From: an uncultured bacterium
GTDB taxonomy: Bacteria; Zhuqueibacterota; QNDG01; DTFT01
Reading direction: 5' to 3'
Assembly: GCA_963736115.1 (NCBI GenBank)
Contig: CAVTNR010000024.1
Coordinates: 1 to 21,790, forward strand
Length of the DNA stretch: 21,790 bases
Shown: positions 8,884 to 15,992 of the stretch, piece by piece
Layout of the letters: each line of letters opens with the position of its first letter
How positions within the stretch are numbered: position 1 is the first letter of the stretch
The notes under the pieces: model-generated
Databases searched by the model: none
What the model was told of the DNA's origin: nothing
Seen by the model: the letters and a program-made list of their open reading frames with translations, nothing else
Translations under genes and position numbers: made by a program

Positions 8884-9391
8884 TTATGAACGCGTGGAAT
8901 GTGATTCCAGTTCCTTGTAGATCTCGGCCAGACGCCGGATGTGATTCTTCTCCTCCCGGATGACCTCCTCCACCATCGGCCGATCCGCGGACCGGACCTG
9001 TTCCAGCATCTGGTAGAAAAAAGAGCAGCGTGTCCTTCTCGAATCCCAGCGCGAACTCCACCGCGGACTTCTCGTCCGACGCTTTCGTCGCGAGCGCGAT
9101 GTTCTTGTCCGGACCATCGAAGAGCCGGTTGTCCGTCATCGCCGCGATGTACCGGCCGGTCTCGTCGGGGTCAGCCGGTCTCTCCGCCGGCTGGGCCGGT
9201 TCCTGGATGCTCTTCATGAAACCGAGAAATTTTTCCTTGTGTGCCTGCTCCTGGACGGCGAGATCGTCGAACAGACGCTTCAGTTCAGGCGTCTTCGCAC
9301 GTTCCGCAGCCAGTCTGTAGAAATCGAAGCCCATCTCCTCGTTCCGAACCGCGATTTTGACCAGTTCCATGCTTGAAAAAAACACGCTCAT
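8884..9391 (-). CDS. Ferritin-like (rubrerythrin family) di-iron protein; apparent +1 frameshift in the A6 run at 9017-9022
   Basis: Start MSVFFSSMELVKIAVRNEEMGFDFY (GAAGGAG RBS), QEQAH, ALGFEKDTLL; with A5 it continues FFYQ...REEKNHIRRL. Confidence 0.85.
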
Positions 9392-9406
9392 GTTGATTTC
9401 TCCTTC

Positions 9407-9436
9407 AGGTGCGTCATGAAGAGGTGCGTCATGAAG
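9407..9436. repeat. Perfect 15-bp tandem duplication
   Basis: AGGTGCGTCATGAAG at 9407-9421 and 9422-9436, immediately upstream of the RBS of the ferritin-like gene. Confidence 0.85.
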
Positions 9437-9473
9437 CCGACGATGGAATACGCCCGATCCTCGGGCATCCTTC

Positions 9474-10349
9474 TCAGTGCCGTGATTGAACGAGAAACGC
9501 ATCAAGGAACGCGGACACGGCCGCTGGAGCCGGAAATTCAGGGATTCCGGAGGATGCCTCCGGAATCCGCTCGCGGAAGCGGTCGCCGAAACAGGGTTTC
9601 GGAGATCCGTTCCTGAAGAGGACCCCGATAGGGATACGCCCGTTTGATTCCACGATTTTGGAGAACGCCGCGTTCCAGTCTCCGGAATCGTATCCCGCCG
9701 GCAGTTTTTCAATCCGTTCCCGGTACCATTCGACGGGATGCGATCCCCAGCTGATGCACGGTTGGATGACGTCCACGATCGAGAGCCCCCGGTGACGGAC
9801 GGCTTCGACGAACAGCGAGGCGAGGTGCCCGATTTCCCCGGCGAAGCCCCGGGCGATGAATCCGCATCCGGAAATCAGCGCAACCGCGAGTGGATTGAGC
9901 GGTTCCGATACCACTCCATCAAACTGGAGGCGCGTCCGGTCGCCGAGATCCGTGGTGGGTGAGGCCTGGCCTTTGGTCAGGCCGTAAATCTGATTGTCGT
10001 GAACGATCAGCGTCAGATCCGGATTCCTGCGCAGGGCATGCAGAAAATGGTTTCCGCCCTCCCCGTAGCAGTCTCCGTCACCCGTGGTGACCAGCACGCT
10101 CAGCGCCGGATTCGCCGCCTGAATGGCGGTGGCCACGGGAAGGGCACGACCGTGGAGGCCGTTGAAAAAATGGGCCTTCAGGTAGTGGGGCAGTTTGGCC
10201 GCCTGTCCGATGCCCGAAACCAGACAGACCTCATCGGGACGCCGGCCCAGTTCCGCCAGGGCGGTTCGAAGCGCGGCCAGAATGCCGAAATTCGGGCATC
10301 CGGGACACCATTGATTTTCCGCCGTGGTTTTAAATTCGTCGGGACGCAT
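9474..10349 (-). CDS. korB: 2-oxoacid:ferredoxin oxidoreductase beta subunit
   Basis: WCPGCPNFG, VSGIGQ, LHGRALP, GDGD...GGNH...DNQIYGLTKGQASPT (TPP binding), IQPC. Confidence 0.9.
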   Translation of the reverse strand: MRPDEFKTTAENQWCPGCPNFGILAALRTALAELGRRPDEVCLVSGIGQAAKLPHYLKAHFFNGLHGRALPVATAIQAANPALSVLVTTGDGDCYGEGGNHFLHALRRNPDLTLIVHDNQIYGLTKGQASPTTDLGDRTRLQFDGVVSEPLNPLAVALISGCGFIARGFAGEIGHLASLFVEAVRHRGLSIVDVIQPCISWGSHPVEWYRERIEKLPAGYDSGDWNAAFSKIVESNGRIPIGVLFRNGSPKPCFGDRFRERIPEASSGIPEFPAPAAVSAFLDAFLVQSRH

Positions 10350-12013
10350 CAGACGGACGCCCTGAGAATGAATTCCGCATCGAGCGGAAGGCCGTCGAAC
10401 CGGCGCACGGATCTCTCGAAAGTGATCCCGTATCCGGCGCGCGCCATCGACTCAAACTGGCCGGTTGCGTTCCCCTCCACCGCGATCAGACGTTTCCCGG
10501 CCGGAAACCGGAACTTCGGAAGGGGCCAGACTTCGCTGAAATGGATCAACCCGTATTTCCGGCCGGCGGTCCGGTGCCGTTCAACCGCTTCCGCCGCGGC
10601 GTTTCGCGTCGTCCCCCAGGACACGAAACATACATCCGCGTCTTCGATCCGAACCGTCTCCGGAGGCGCCATCCCGGCCGTCAGCGCTTCGGACTTCTTC
10701 AACCGCTTCAGGACCATCCGGTTTCGAAGTTCCAGATTTTCGGTGATATGACCTTCCTCGTCATGCTCGTCGCTGTCGCAGAAAGCCAGATGGGTGCCGA
10801 TTCCAGCCGGAAGCCTCGGCGAGATTCCCGAATCCGTCAGGGCGTAGCGCCGGTACGGATCGGCTGTCCGGCCATCGATCGTATGACGACGGTTCCGGAT
10901 CAGGTCCACTTCGAAATCATGAACGGTGTATACCGAATCCATGAGCAGTTGGTCCGTGAGCACGAGGACGGGAGTCTGGAATCTCTCCGCGAGATCGAAA
11001 GCCCGGGCCATGGCGTGAAACGCGGATTTGGCATCGAACGGAGCGATGACGGCTTTGGGAAACTCGCCGTGCCCGGAATGAACGGCGAACAGCAGATCCC
11101 CCTGTTCAGTGCGCGTGGGAAGGCCCGTGGCTGGACCGGGACGCTGGGCCAGGACGATCACCAGGGGTGTCTCCGTCATTCCCGCCAGGCTCACCGCCTC
11201 GGTCATGAGGGCGAATCCGCCCCCCGAAGTGGCCGTCATGGCTCTCATCCCCGCGTAGGAGGCACCGATCGCCATATTGACTGCGGCGATCTCATCCTCA
11301 GCCTGCTCGGTGAAAACGCCCAGGGTGCGGCTGTGTCTGGACAATGTCGTAATTACGCCTGTGGAGGGACTCATCGGGTAGGCGGCCATAAAACGGCAGC
11401 CCGCCGCCCACGCGCCCAGAGCCACGGCATCCGAGCCGGAAATCACGTAGGCCCGGCCGTTCCCGTCCGAACCGGGTTCAATCCGCGGTTCACGGCACTG
11501 CGCGGCTGCCAGCTTATACCCCTCCTCAGCGGCCGCTACATTGAGCGCGACCAGATCCTCCGGTTTCCCCGAGAATTCCCTGGATACGACGCCGGCCGTC
11601 AGGTCCGGCCGGAATCCAAGAACCGCGGCCGCCGCCCCCAGCGCCGCCATATTGGAAGAACGGCTGGCACCCGTACTGCGGGTAGAAACGGAGGTAAAGT
11701 CGACTTCAACCGAACGGTAGTCCGTATCCGAAGGACCGACCACCACTCCGTCCTTTTTCAGGTTCAGCCGGTATTTGACCCGCGACGCCTCATCCAGAGG
11801 AAGCAGTACATCAACCGCATCCACCGGGGCGTTCAGGACCGAATCCGATATTCGAAGTCCAAAGGCATTGGATCCGCCCCGGATTCGGGATTCGTTGTCC
11901 TGCCACGAGAAAACGGAATAGCCGCTTTCGGCCGCCAGCCGGGTGAGCATCGCTCCGACGGTCTGAACACCCAGACCCGCGGCTCCCGTGATCAGGATTC
12001 GACTGTCGGCCAT
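10349..12013 (-). CDS. korA: 2-oxoacid:ferredoxin oxidoreductase alpha subunit with fused gamma domain
   Basis: Likely start ATG 12013 (MADSRILITGAAGLGV). Motifs SRIRGG, YPMSPST, QAEDEIAA, TATSGGGFALM, QRPGPATGLPT, EHDEEG, VEGNATGQ. Stop overlaps the beta-subunit start. Confidence 0.9.
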   Translation of the reverse strand: MADSRILITGAAGLGVQTVGAMLTRLAAESGYSVFSWQDNESRIRGGSNAFGLRISDSVLNAPVDAVDVLLPLDEASRVKYRLNLKKDGVVVGPSDTDYRSVEVDFTSVSTRSTGASRSSNMAALGAAAAVLGFRPDLTAGVVSREFSGKPEDLVALNVAAAEEGYKLAAAQCREPRIEPGSDGNGRAYVISGSDAVALGAWAAGCRFMAAYPMSPSTGVITTLSRHSRTLGVFTEQAEDEIAAVNMAIGASYAGMRAMTATSGGGFALMTEAVSLAGMTETPLVIVLAQRPGPATGLPTRTEQGDLLFAVHSGHGEFPKAVIAPFDAKSAFHAMARAFDLAERFQTPVLVLTDQLLMDSVYTVHDFEVDLIRNRRHTIDGRTADPYRRYALTDSGISPRLPAGIGTHLAFCDSDEHDEEGHITENLELRNRMVLKRLKKSEALTAGMAPPETVRIEDADVCFVSWGTTRNAAAEAVERHRTAGRKYGLIHFSEVWPLPKFRFPAGKRLIAVEGNATGQFESMARAGYGITFERSVRRFDGLPLDAEFILRASV

Positions 12014-12050
12014 TGAGGATTCGCCCTTGCGTCCGTAGAATTTCCACACA

Positions 12051-12554
12051 TTAAAATTTTACAAACTTCGACTTCGCGACCCCGCACACCGGGCAGGCGT
12101 CCGGCGCGTCGCCGGCCACCGTGTACCCGCACACCGGGCAGATATGGACGGCTCCGATGGCAAGATCCTTGTTGTCCTTCGCCGCCTGCTTGGCTTCGGT
12201 GTACATCGCCGCGTGTATCTTTTCGGCCTCGATGGCGTAATGGATGGTCCGGATCGCCTCTTTCTCCGCCTGCAGTTTGGCCACCGCGTCGTAAGCGGGA
12301 TACATCTCCTCCACTTCGAAATTTTCGCCGTCAATGGCGGCCTGCAGGTTCTCAATCGTGCCCGCGACCTCGCCGAGGGCTTTGAAATGACCCGTGGCAT
12401 GGACCTGTTCGGCGAATGAAATGGCGCGGAACAGCCGCGCAATGTTCGGCTTGTTTTCCTCTTCGGCGCGTTTGGCGAAGATCAGATACTTCATGTGCGC
12501 CTGGCTCTCCCCCGCGAATGCGTCGTGCAGGTTCTTTTCCGTCATCTTTTTCAT
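12051..12554 (-). CDS. rbr: Rubrerythrin
   Basis: AFAGESQA, EQVHA, GENFE...MYP, AEKIH, and a C-terminal rubredoxin-like CPVCG...CPVCG. Confidence 0.95.
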   Translation of the reverse strand: MKKMTEKNLHDAFAGESQAHMKYLIFAKRAEEENKPNIARLFRAISFAEQVHATGHFKALGEVAGTIENLQAAIDGENFEVEEMYPAYDAVAKLQAEKEAIRTIHYAIEAEKIHAAMYTEAKQAAKDNKDLAIGAVHICPVCGYTVAGDAPDACPVCGVAKSKFVKF

Positions 12555-12611
12555 GCGGTTTCCTCTGGTCTGTGATGCTTCATTGTTACCCCGGACCCCG
12601 GGCGGAGCCGG

Positions 12612-13370
12612 TCATTCGAAAAGCCGTTTGATCCCGAATCCGAACTTCAAGTCCTGGTTCGGCGCACCCCGCATCATGCGGCGGAGACCGATGTCCGTTG
12701 AATTCCCGATCTGGAAAAGAAAATGATGTCCGTATGTCTTGAACTGAACCCCGGCCGTAAAACAGTCATACGACCGGTAACCCTCCCATGAACCCCGGTC
12801 CGCGCGCGGGAAAAATTCGCCGATCAGGCTGATGTTCCGGGTGACGGCGCAGTCCAGGCCGAATCCGAACCCGGTTTTGCGGTTGTCCGAGTCGAAACCA
12901 GCGTTCACGACCGGGGTGAGCCGCGCAACGGTCGGACCCTGAAGATCCACCCGGCCGAACCAGACTGCTTCCCGGTCCTCTTTCCAGCGACCTTCAACGA
13001 AACGGCCGGATTTGAACGACACCCAGTCGAATCCCGCCTGCGCCCTGCACCCGGGGATCAGGGGAAAGAAGGAATAACCGGCGCCGAGACGGTATTCGCT
13101 GTTCAGGAATGTATGGTGCAGGCGAAACTCGACTCTATTCAACGGGCTGCTCCGGAATCCCAGGTCGACAGTGGCGCCCTCGGCCAGACCGAAGAAGGAA
13201 TCGAGCGGTTTGTCGTCGATTTCGCCGTTAAAGCGGTGCTGCACGACAAACTGCGCCTGTCCGGGCTCCAGAGCCGCGGGCCGCTCGAGATTGAGCATGC
13301 TGTTCTCGACGGCCGAGGCATTGATGGCCAGGAACAGCAGGGGAACGGAAATCAGATGGATGGATCGCAT
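12612..13370 (-). CDS. Outer-membrane beta-barrel protein, DUF5777-like
   Basis: Signal peptide (..INASA|VE); HRF...FFGL, TYGHHFLFQIGNS and terminal FGFGIKRLF match my recollection of DUF5777; alternating amphipathic strands. Confidence 0.72.
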   Translation of the reverse strand: MRSIHLISVPLLFLAINASAVENSMLNLERPAALEPGQAQFVVQHRFNGEIDDKPLDSFFGLAEGATVDLGFRSSPLNRVEFRLHHTFLNSEYRLGAGYSFFPLIPGCRAQAGFDWVSFKSGRFVEGRWKEDREAVWFGRVDLQGPTVARLTPVVNAGFDSDNRKTGFGFGLDCAVTRNISLIGEFFPRADRGSWEGYRSYDCFTAGVQFKTYGHHFLFQIGNSTDIGLRRMMRGAPNQDLKFGFGIKRLFE

Positions 13371-13391
13371 GGCTCGGCTCCGGATCGTCCG

Positions 13392-13739
13392 TTACAGACG
13401 GATCGTTTCTTTTTTCTTTCCGAACACATTACACACGGTGGTCGCCTCGACCGTGTCTCCCGGCTTCAAATCGATGATTTTATAGGAGACGGTCTGGGCC
13501 GCGCCGTCTTCCTGGCTGGCGAATTCCTGCTTGATGATTTCCTTTCCGTTCAGTCGGACGGATATGGCCTGAATGTAATGCTCCGCCGGCTTTTTGGTTT
13601 CATGCGCGGCGGTGATTTTAAGAATCCGGGAGACAGGATCAAACTCAAGCCGGACCTCGGAGGCCGGATGGGCCGAGGCGCCGGTCAGGCCGGCCAGGGC
13701 GAATGCCGTGATCAGAAATATCCTGAGCGGTCGGTTCAT
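13392..13739 (-). CDS. Small exported protein with a superoxide reductase/desulfoferrodoxin-like Ig fold
   Basis: Start ATG 13739 (AGGAG RBS); 23-aa Sec signal ending ASA; mature HPA...AHETKKPAEHYI...VCNVFG parallels SOR HVP...HPNTTEHHI...CNIHG. Confidence 0.65.
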   Translation of the reverse strand: MNRPLRIFLITAFALAGLTGASAHPASEVRLEFDPVSRILKITAAHETKKPAEHYIQAISVRLNGKEIIKQEFASQEDGAAQTVSYKIIDLKPGDTVEATTVCNVFGKKKETIRL

Positions 13740-13756
13740 GGAAAGTCTCCTGTCCT

Positions 13757-14170
13757 TTACTCGTTCACGGCCGCGGTCTCGCAGCCGGGACATACACCGA
13801 AGTATTCGAGCCTGTGCCAGTGAACCCGGTAGCCGATCGTGTCTTCGACCTGGGAATAGGAAAATGACTGTCCCGATGGCGGAACATCTTCGACTTTTCC
13901 GCAGATCAGACAGCAGATATGGTCATGGTTCCGGAGATCGCCGTCGAAAAGCCCAATCCCCTTCCCGACGGACAATTCCCGTATCCGGCCCTCTTCCTTC
14001 AGCATGGCCAAATTGCGGTAAACGGTTCCAAGGCTGATGGAGGGCAGATGCTTGCGCGCCTCTTCGAAAATCCACCCGGCAGTCGGATGGCATTTGGTGG
14101 CTCTGAGAATCTGGAGAATAAGATTCCGCTGTCTGCTGGACTTGAATTTTCGAGTGGATGTCATGCTCAT
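13757..14170 (-). CDS. perR: Fur-family transcriptional regulator, PerR-like
   Basis: SRQR, HPTA, ISLGTVYRNL, FDG, HDHICCLICGKVED (Asp at the PerR position), GVCPGC; heads a peroxide/superoxide defence cluster. Confidence 0.8.
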   Translation of the reverse strand: MSMTSTRKFKSSRQRNLILQILRATKCHPTAGWIFEEARKHLPSISLGTVYRNLAMLKEEGRIRELSVGKGIGLFDGDLRNHDHICCLICGKVEDVPPSGQSFSYSQVEDTIGYRVHWHRLEYFGVCPGCETAAVNE

Positions 14171-14181
14171 AAGCTTGAATC

Positions 14182-14210
14182 ATTATAGGATGAAATAAAA
14201 ATAACGTCAA
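14182..14210 (-). promoter_or_regulatory. sigma70-type promoter for the perR island
   Basis: Minus strand TTGACG (14210-14205), 17-nt spacer, TATAAT (14187-14182), inside an AT-rich gap. Confidence 0.85.
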
Positions 14211-14228
14211 TAATAATAATCGTTATTA
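14209..14228. promoter_or_regulatory. Fur/Per-type operator overlapping the -35 element
   Basis: AATAATAATAATCGTTATT (14209-14227) matches the Fur box GATAATGATAATCATTATC at 15/19; 7-1-7 repeat TAATAAT-C-GTTATTA at 14214-14228. Confidence 0.75.
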
Positions 14229-14252
14229 ATTTAGGGAAAGTTTGACTTAAAG

Positions 14253-15086
14253 TCAAGCGGATTCGCTCTCAATTGCGGCTGAAATATACCCGACTGTATA
14301 GGATCCTGAAGATTTTCCCCGGAATTCGTCTTTTGAATTGCTTCTGTACAAGGTCCGTAAACGGTTGGCGCCCATCTTCATCGCTGTCTCAAGCACAATG
14401 GATATAGGCACTTTTCCGCACACCGTGCAGGTATCCGGCCTCAGAGTATTCCGGATCCGTTCCAGTTCCAGGGTTTCCAGCGCTTCCGCCACACGTTGGT
14501 CCCCTTTTCGAACTGATTCGTAATTGTCCAGATGATGCATATCGCTGCTGGCGATGAGAACGGCTTTATGCCCCCGGAGTGCGTGGAGAAGTGCCTGAAC
14601 CGCGTTTTCAACTCGCCGCACATCGCGGTTCCCGATCATCAGCGGCAAAAGGCGGAACGGCTTCAGAACCGTCTGCAAAAAAGGAAGCTGTATTTCGATG
14701 GAATGTTCTTCTTCCTGATCCAGTTCCGACACGTGCGTGTCGCGCCCCATCGCCTCGATCAGGTCCCGCGCGACTGGAACGCTTCCGAGCGGCGTTTCGT
14801 ACGCGGAAGCGGCGTGGACCATGATGTCGCCTGAGGGGAACCCGTGGAAGGGTGAAAGAACCGCCACGATTTCGACATCCCGTCCCTCCAGAAGACGATA
14901 CCCGTGGGCCGCGGTGAAACCCGAATAGACATATCCGGCGTGCGGGCTGATCAATCCGATGAGGCCGGTCTTCGTCGGACCCGGCTGCGGCACGGCGTCC
15001 AGAAACGAGCGGATCCATTTCCGGAGTTCTTCGGCGTCCCCGGGGTACCATTCCCCGGCGAGAACCGCATGTCGAACAGGCCGCAT
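14253..15086 (-). CDS. amrB: MEMO1 family protein (AmmeMemoRadiSam system protein B)
   Basis: Likely start ATG 15086 (GGGAGG upstream). Motifs AGEWYP, ISPHAGYVYSG, ETPLG, EHSIEIQLPFLQ, IASSDMHH, TVCG, VGY. Confidence 0.88.
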   Translation of the reverse strand: MRPVRHAVLAGEWYPGDAEELRKWIRSFLDAVPQPGPTKTGLIGLISPHAGYVYSGFTAAHGYRLLEGRDVEIVAVLSPFHGFPSGDIMVHAASAYETPLGSVPVARDLIEAMGRDTHVSELDQEEEHSIEIQLPFLQTVLKPFRLLPLMIGNRDVRRVENAVQALLHALRGHKAVLIASSDMHHLDNYESVRKGDQRVAEALETLELERIRNTLRPDTCTVCGKVPISIVLETAMKMGANRLRTLYRSNSKDEFRGKSSGSYTVGYISAAIESESA

Positions 15087-15110
15087 GGCTTCCTCCCGTG
15101 CGGGCGGCAA

Positions 15111-15992
15111 TCAGCAGAAAACATTGAGGGCGTGCGGAACGACTTCGATGCGGACCGGCAGACCGCCCAGCACATCGCCGTCGATCTGCGCGATCGTGGG
15201 ATGGTCGGAATGAAATTCCACGCGCCGGACCCGGTAGTATCGGACGTGCTTCATCCTCAGGTGCTGGCGGTAAAACAGGCTCAGGACGAAACGGGCCAGC
15301 CCCAGCTGGGAGCGTCCCTTGTAGAGCAGAACGTCCAGAAACCCGTCATCCACTTCCGCGAAGGGAGTCATTTCGTGGGATCCGCCGTAGAAGTGGGTGT
15401 TGGCGGCGACGACGAAAGTCGCTCGCTCCTGCACCTTTCCATTGTCCAGCAGAACGCGAATCTCGACCGGCCGGTATCCGATAAAATCCTTGAGCCCCGC
15501 CCAGACATAGGCATAGCGGCTGATGATTTTCTTGATGCGTTTGCTCGTGCGGCTGATGGCGTAAGCGTCGTATCCGCATCCCGCCATCATGGCGAAGTAG
15601 CGGCCGTTGGCCCGGCCCAGGTCGATGCGCCGGATCCGGCGGCGGGCGATGATTTCGGCGGCTTTGACCGGATCGAGCGGAATCGACAACTCGCGGGCCA
15701 CCACGTTACTGCCGCCGAACGGCAGAATGCCGAGCGGCACGTCGCTCGGCATGATGGCGTTGATCGCTTCGTTCGTTGTCCCGTCTCCGCCCGCCACGAG
15801 GATCGCGTCGAATCCCTCGGCGAGCGCCTCCTGCGTTACGGGCAGGACTTCTCCCTCCCGCTTCGTGAAATGCACCGAGAGCTTGAATCCGTTCTTTCGC
15901 AGGATGTCCAGGGACGGCTTGAGATACCGCTTGATCTTCCGCGGCTGGGACTCCCGGTTGACGATGACTTTTGTCCGGAGAGTTCCCTTCAT
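15111..15992 (-). CDS. Diacylglycerol kinase family lipid kinase (YegS/DgkB/BmrU)
   Basis: VIVN, AGGDGTTNEAIN, LGILPFGGSN, IDLG, AGCGYDA, ANTHFYGG, DDGFLDV, QIDGD. Confidence 0.9.
   Translation of the reverse strand: MKGTLRTKVIVNRESQPRKIKRYLKPSLDILRKNGFKLSVHFTKREGEVLPVTQEALAEGFDAILVAGGDGTTNEAINAIMPSDVPLGILPFGGSNVVARELSIPLDPVKAAEIIARRRIRRIDLGRANGRYFAMMAGCGYDAYAISRTSKRIKKIISRYAYVWAGLKDFIGYRPVEIRVLLDNGKVQERATFVVAANTHFYGGSHEMTPFAEVDDGFLDVLLYKGRSQLGLARFVLSLFYRQHLRMKHVRYYRVRRVEFHSDHPTIAQIDGDVLGGLPVRIEVVPHALNVFC

Noticed and set aside
8675-9712. 345-aa ORF that looks like a ferritin-like/rubredoxin fusion
   Set aside because: Chimera created by the A6 insertion; the ferritin-like gene and rubredoxin have separate RBSs, starts and stops once single indels are corrected.
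13392-13739. Nickel superoxide dismutase (N-terminal His after processing)
   Set aside because: Lacks the HCxxPCGxY Ni-hook, and the sequence pattern is beta-rich rather than a four-helix bundle.
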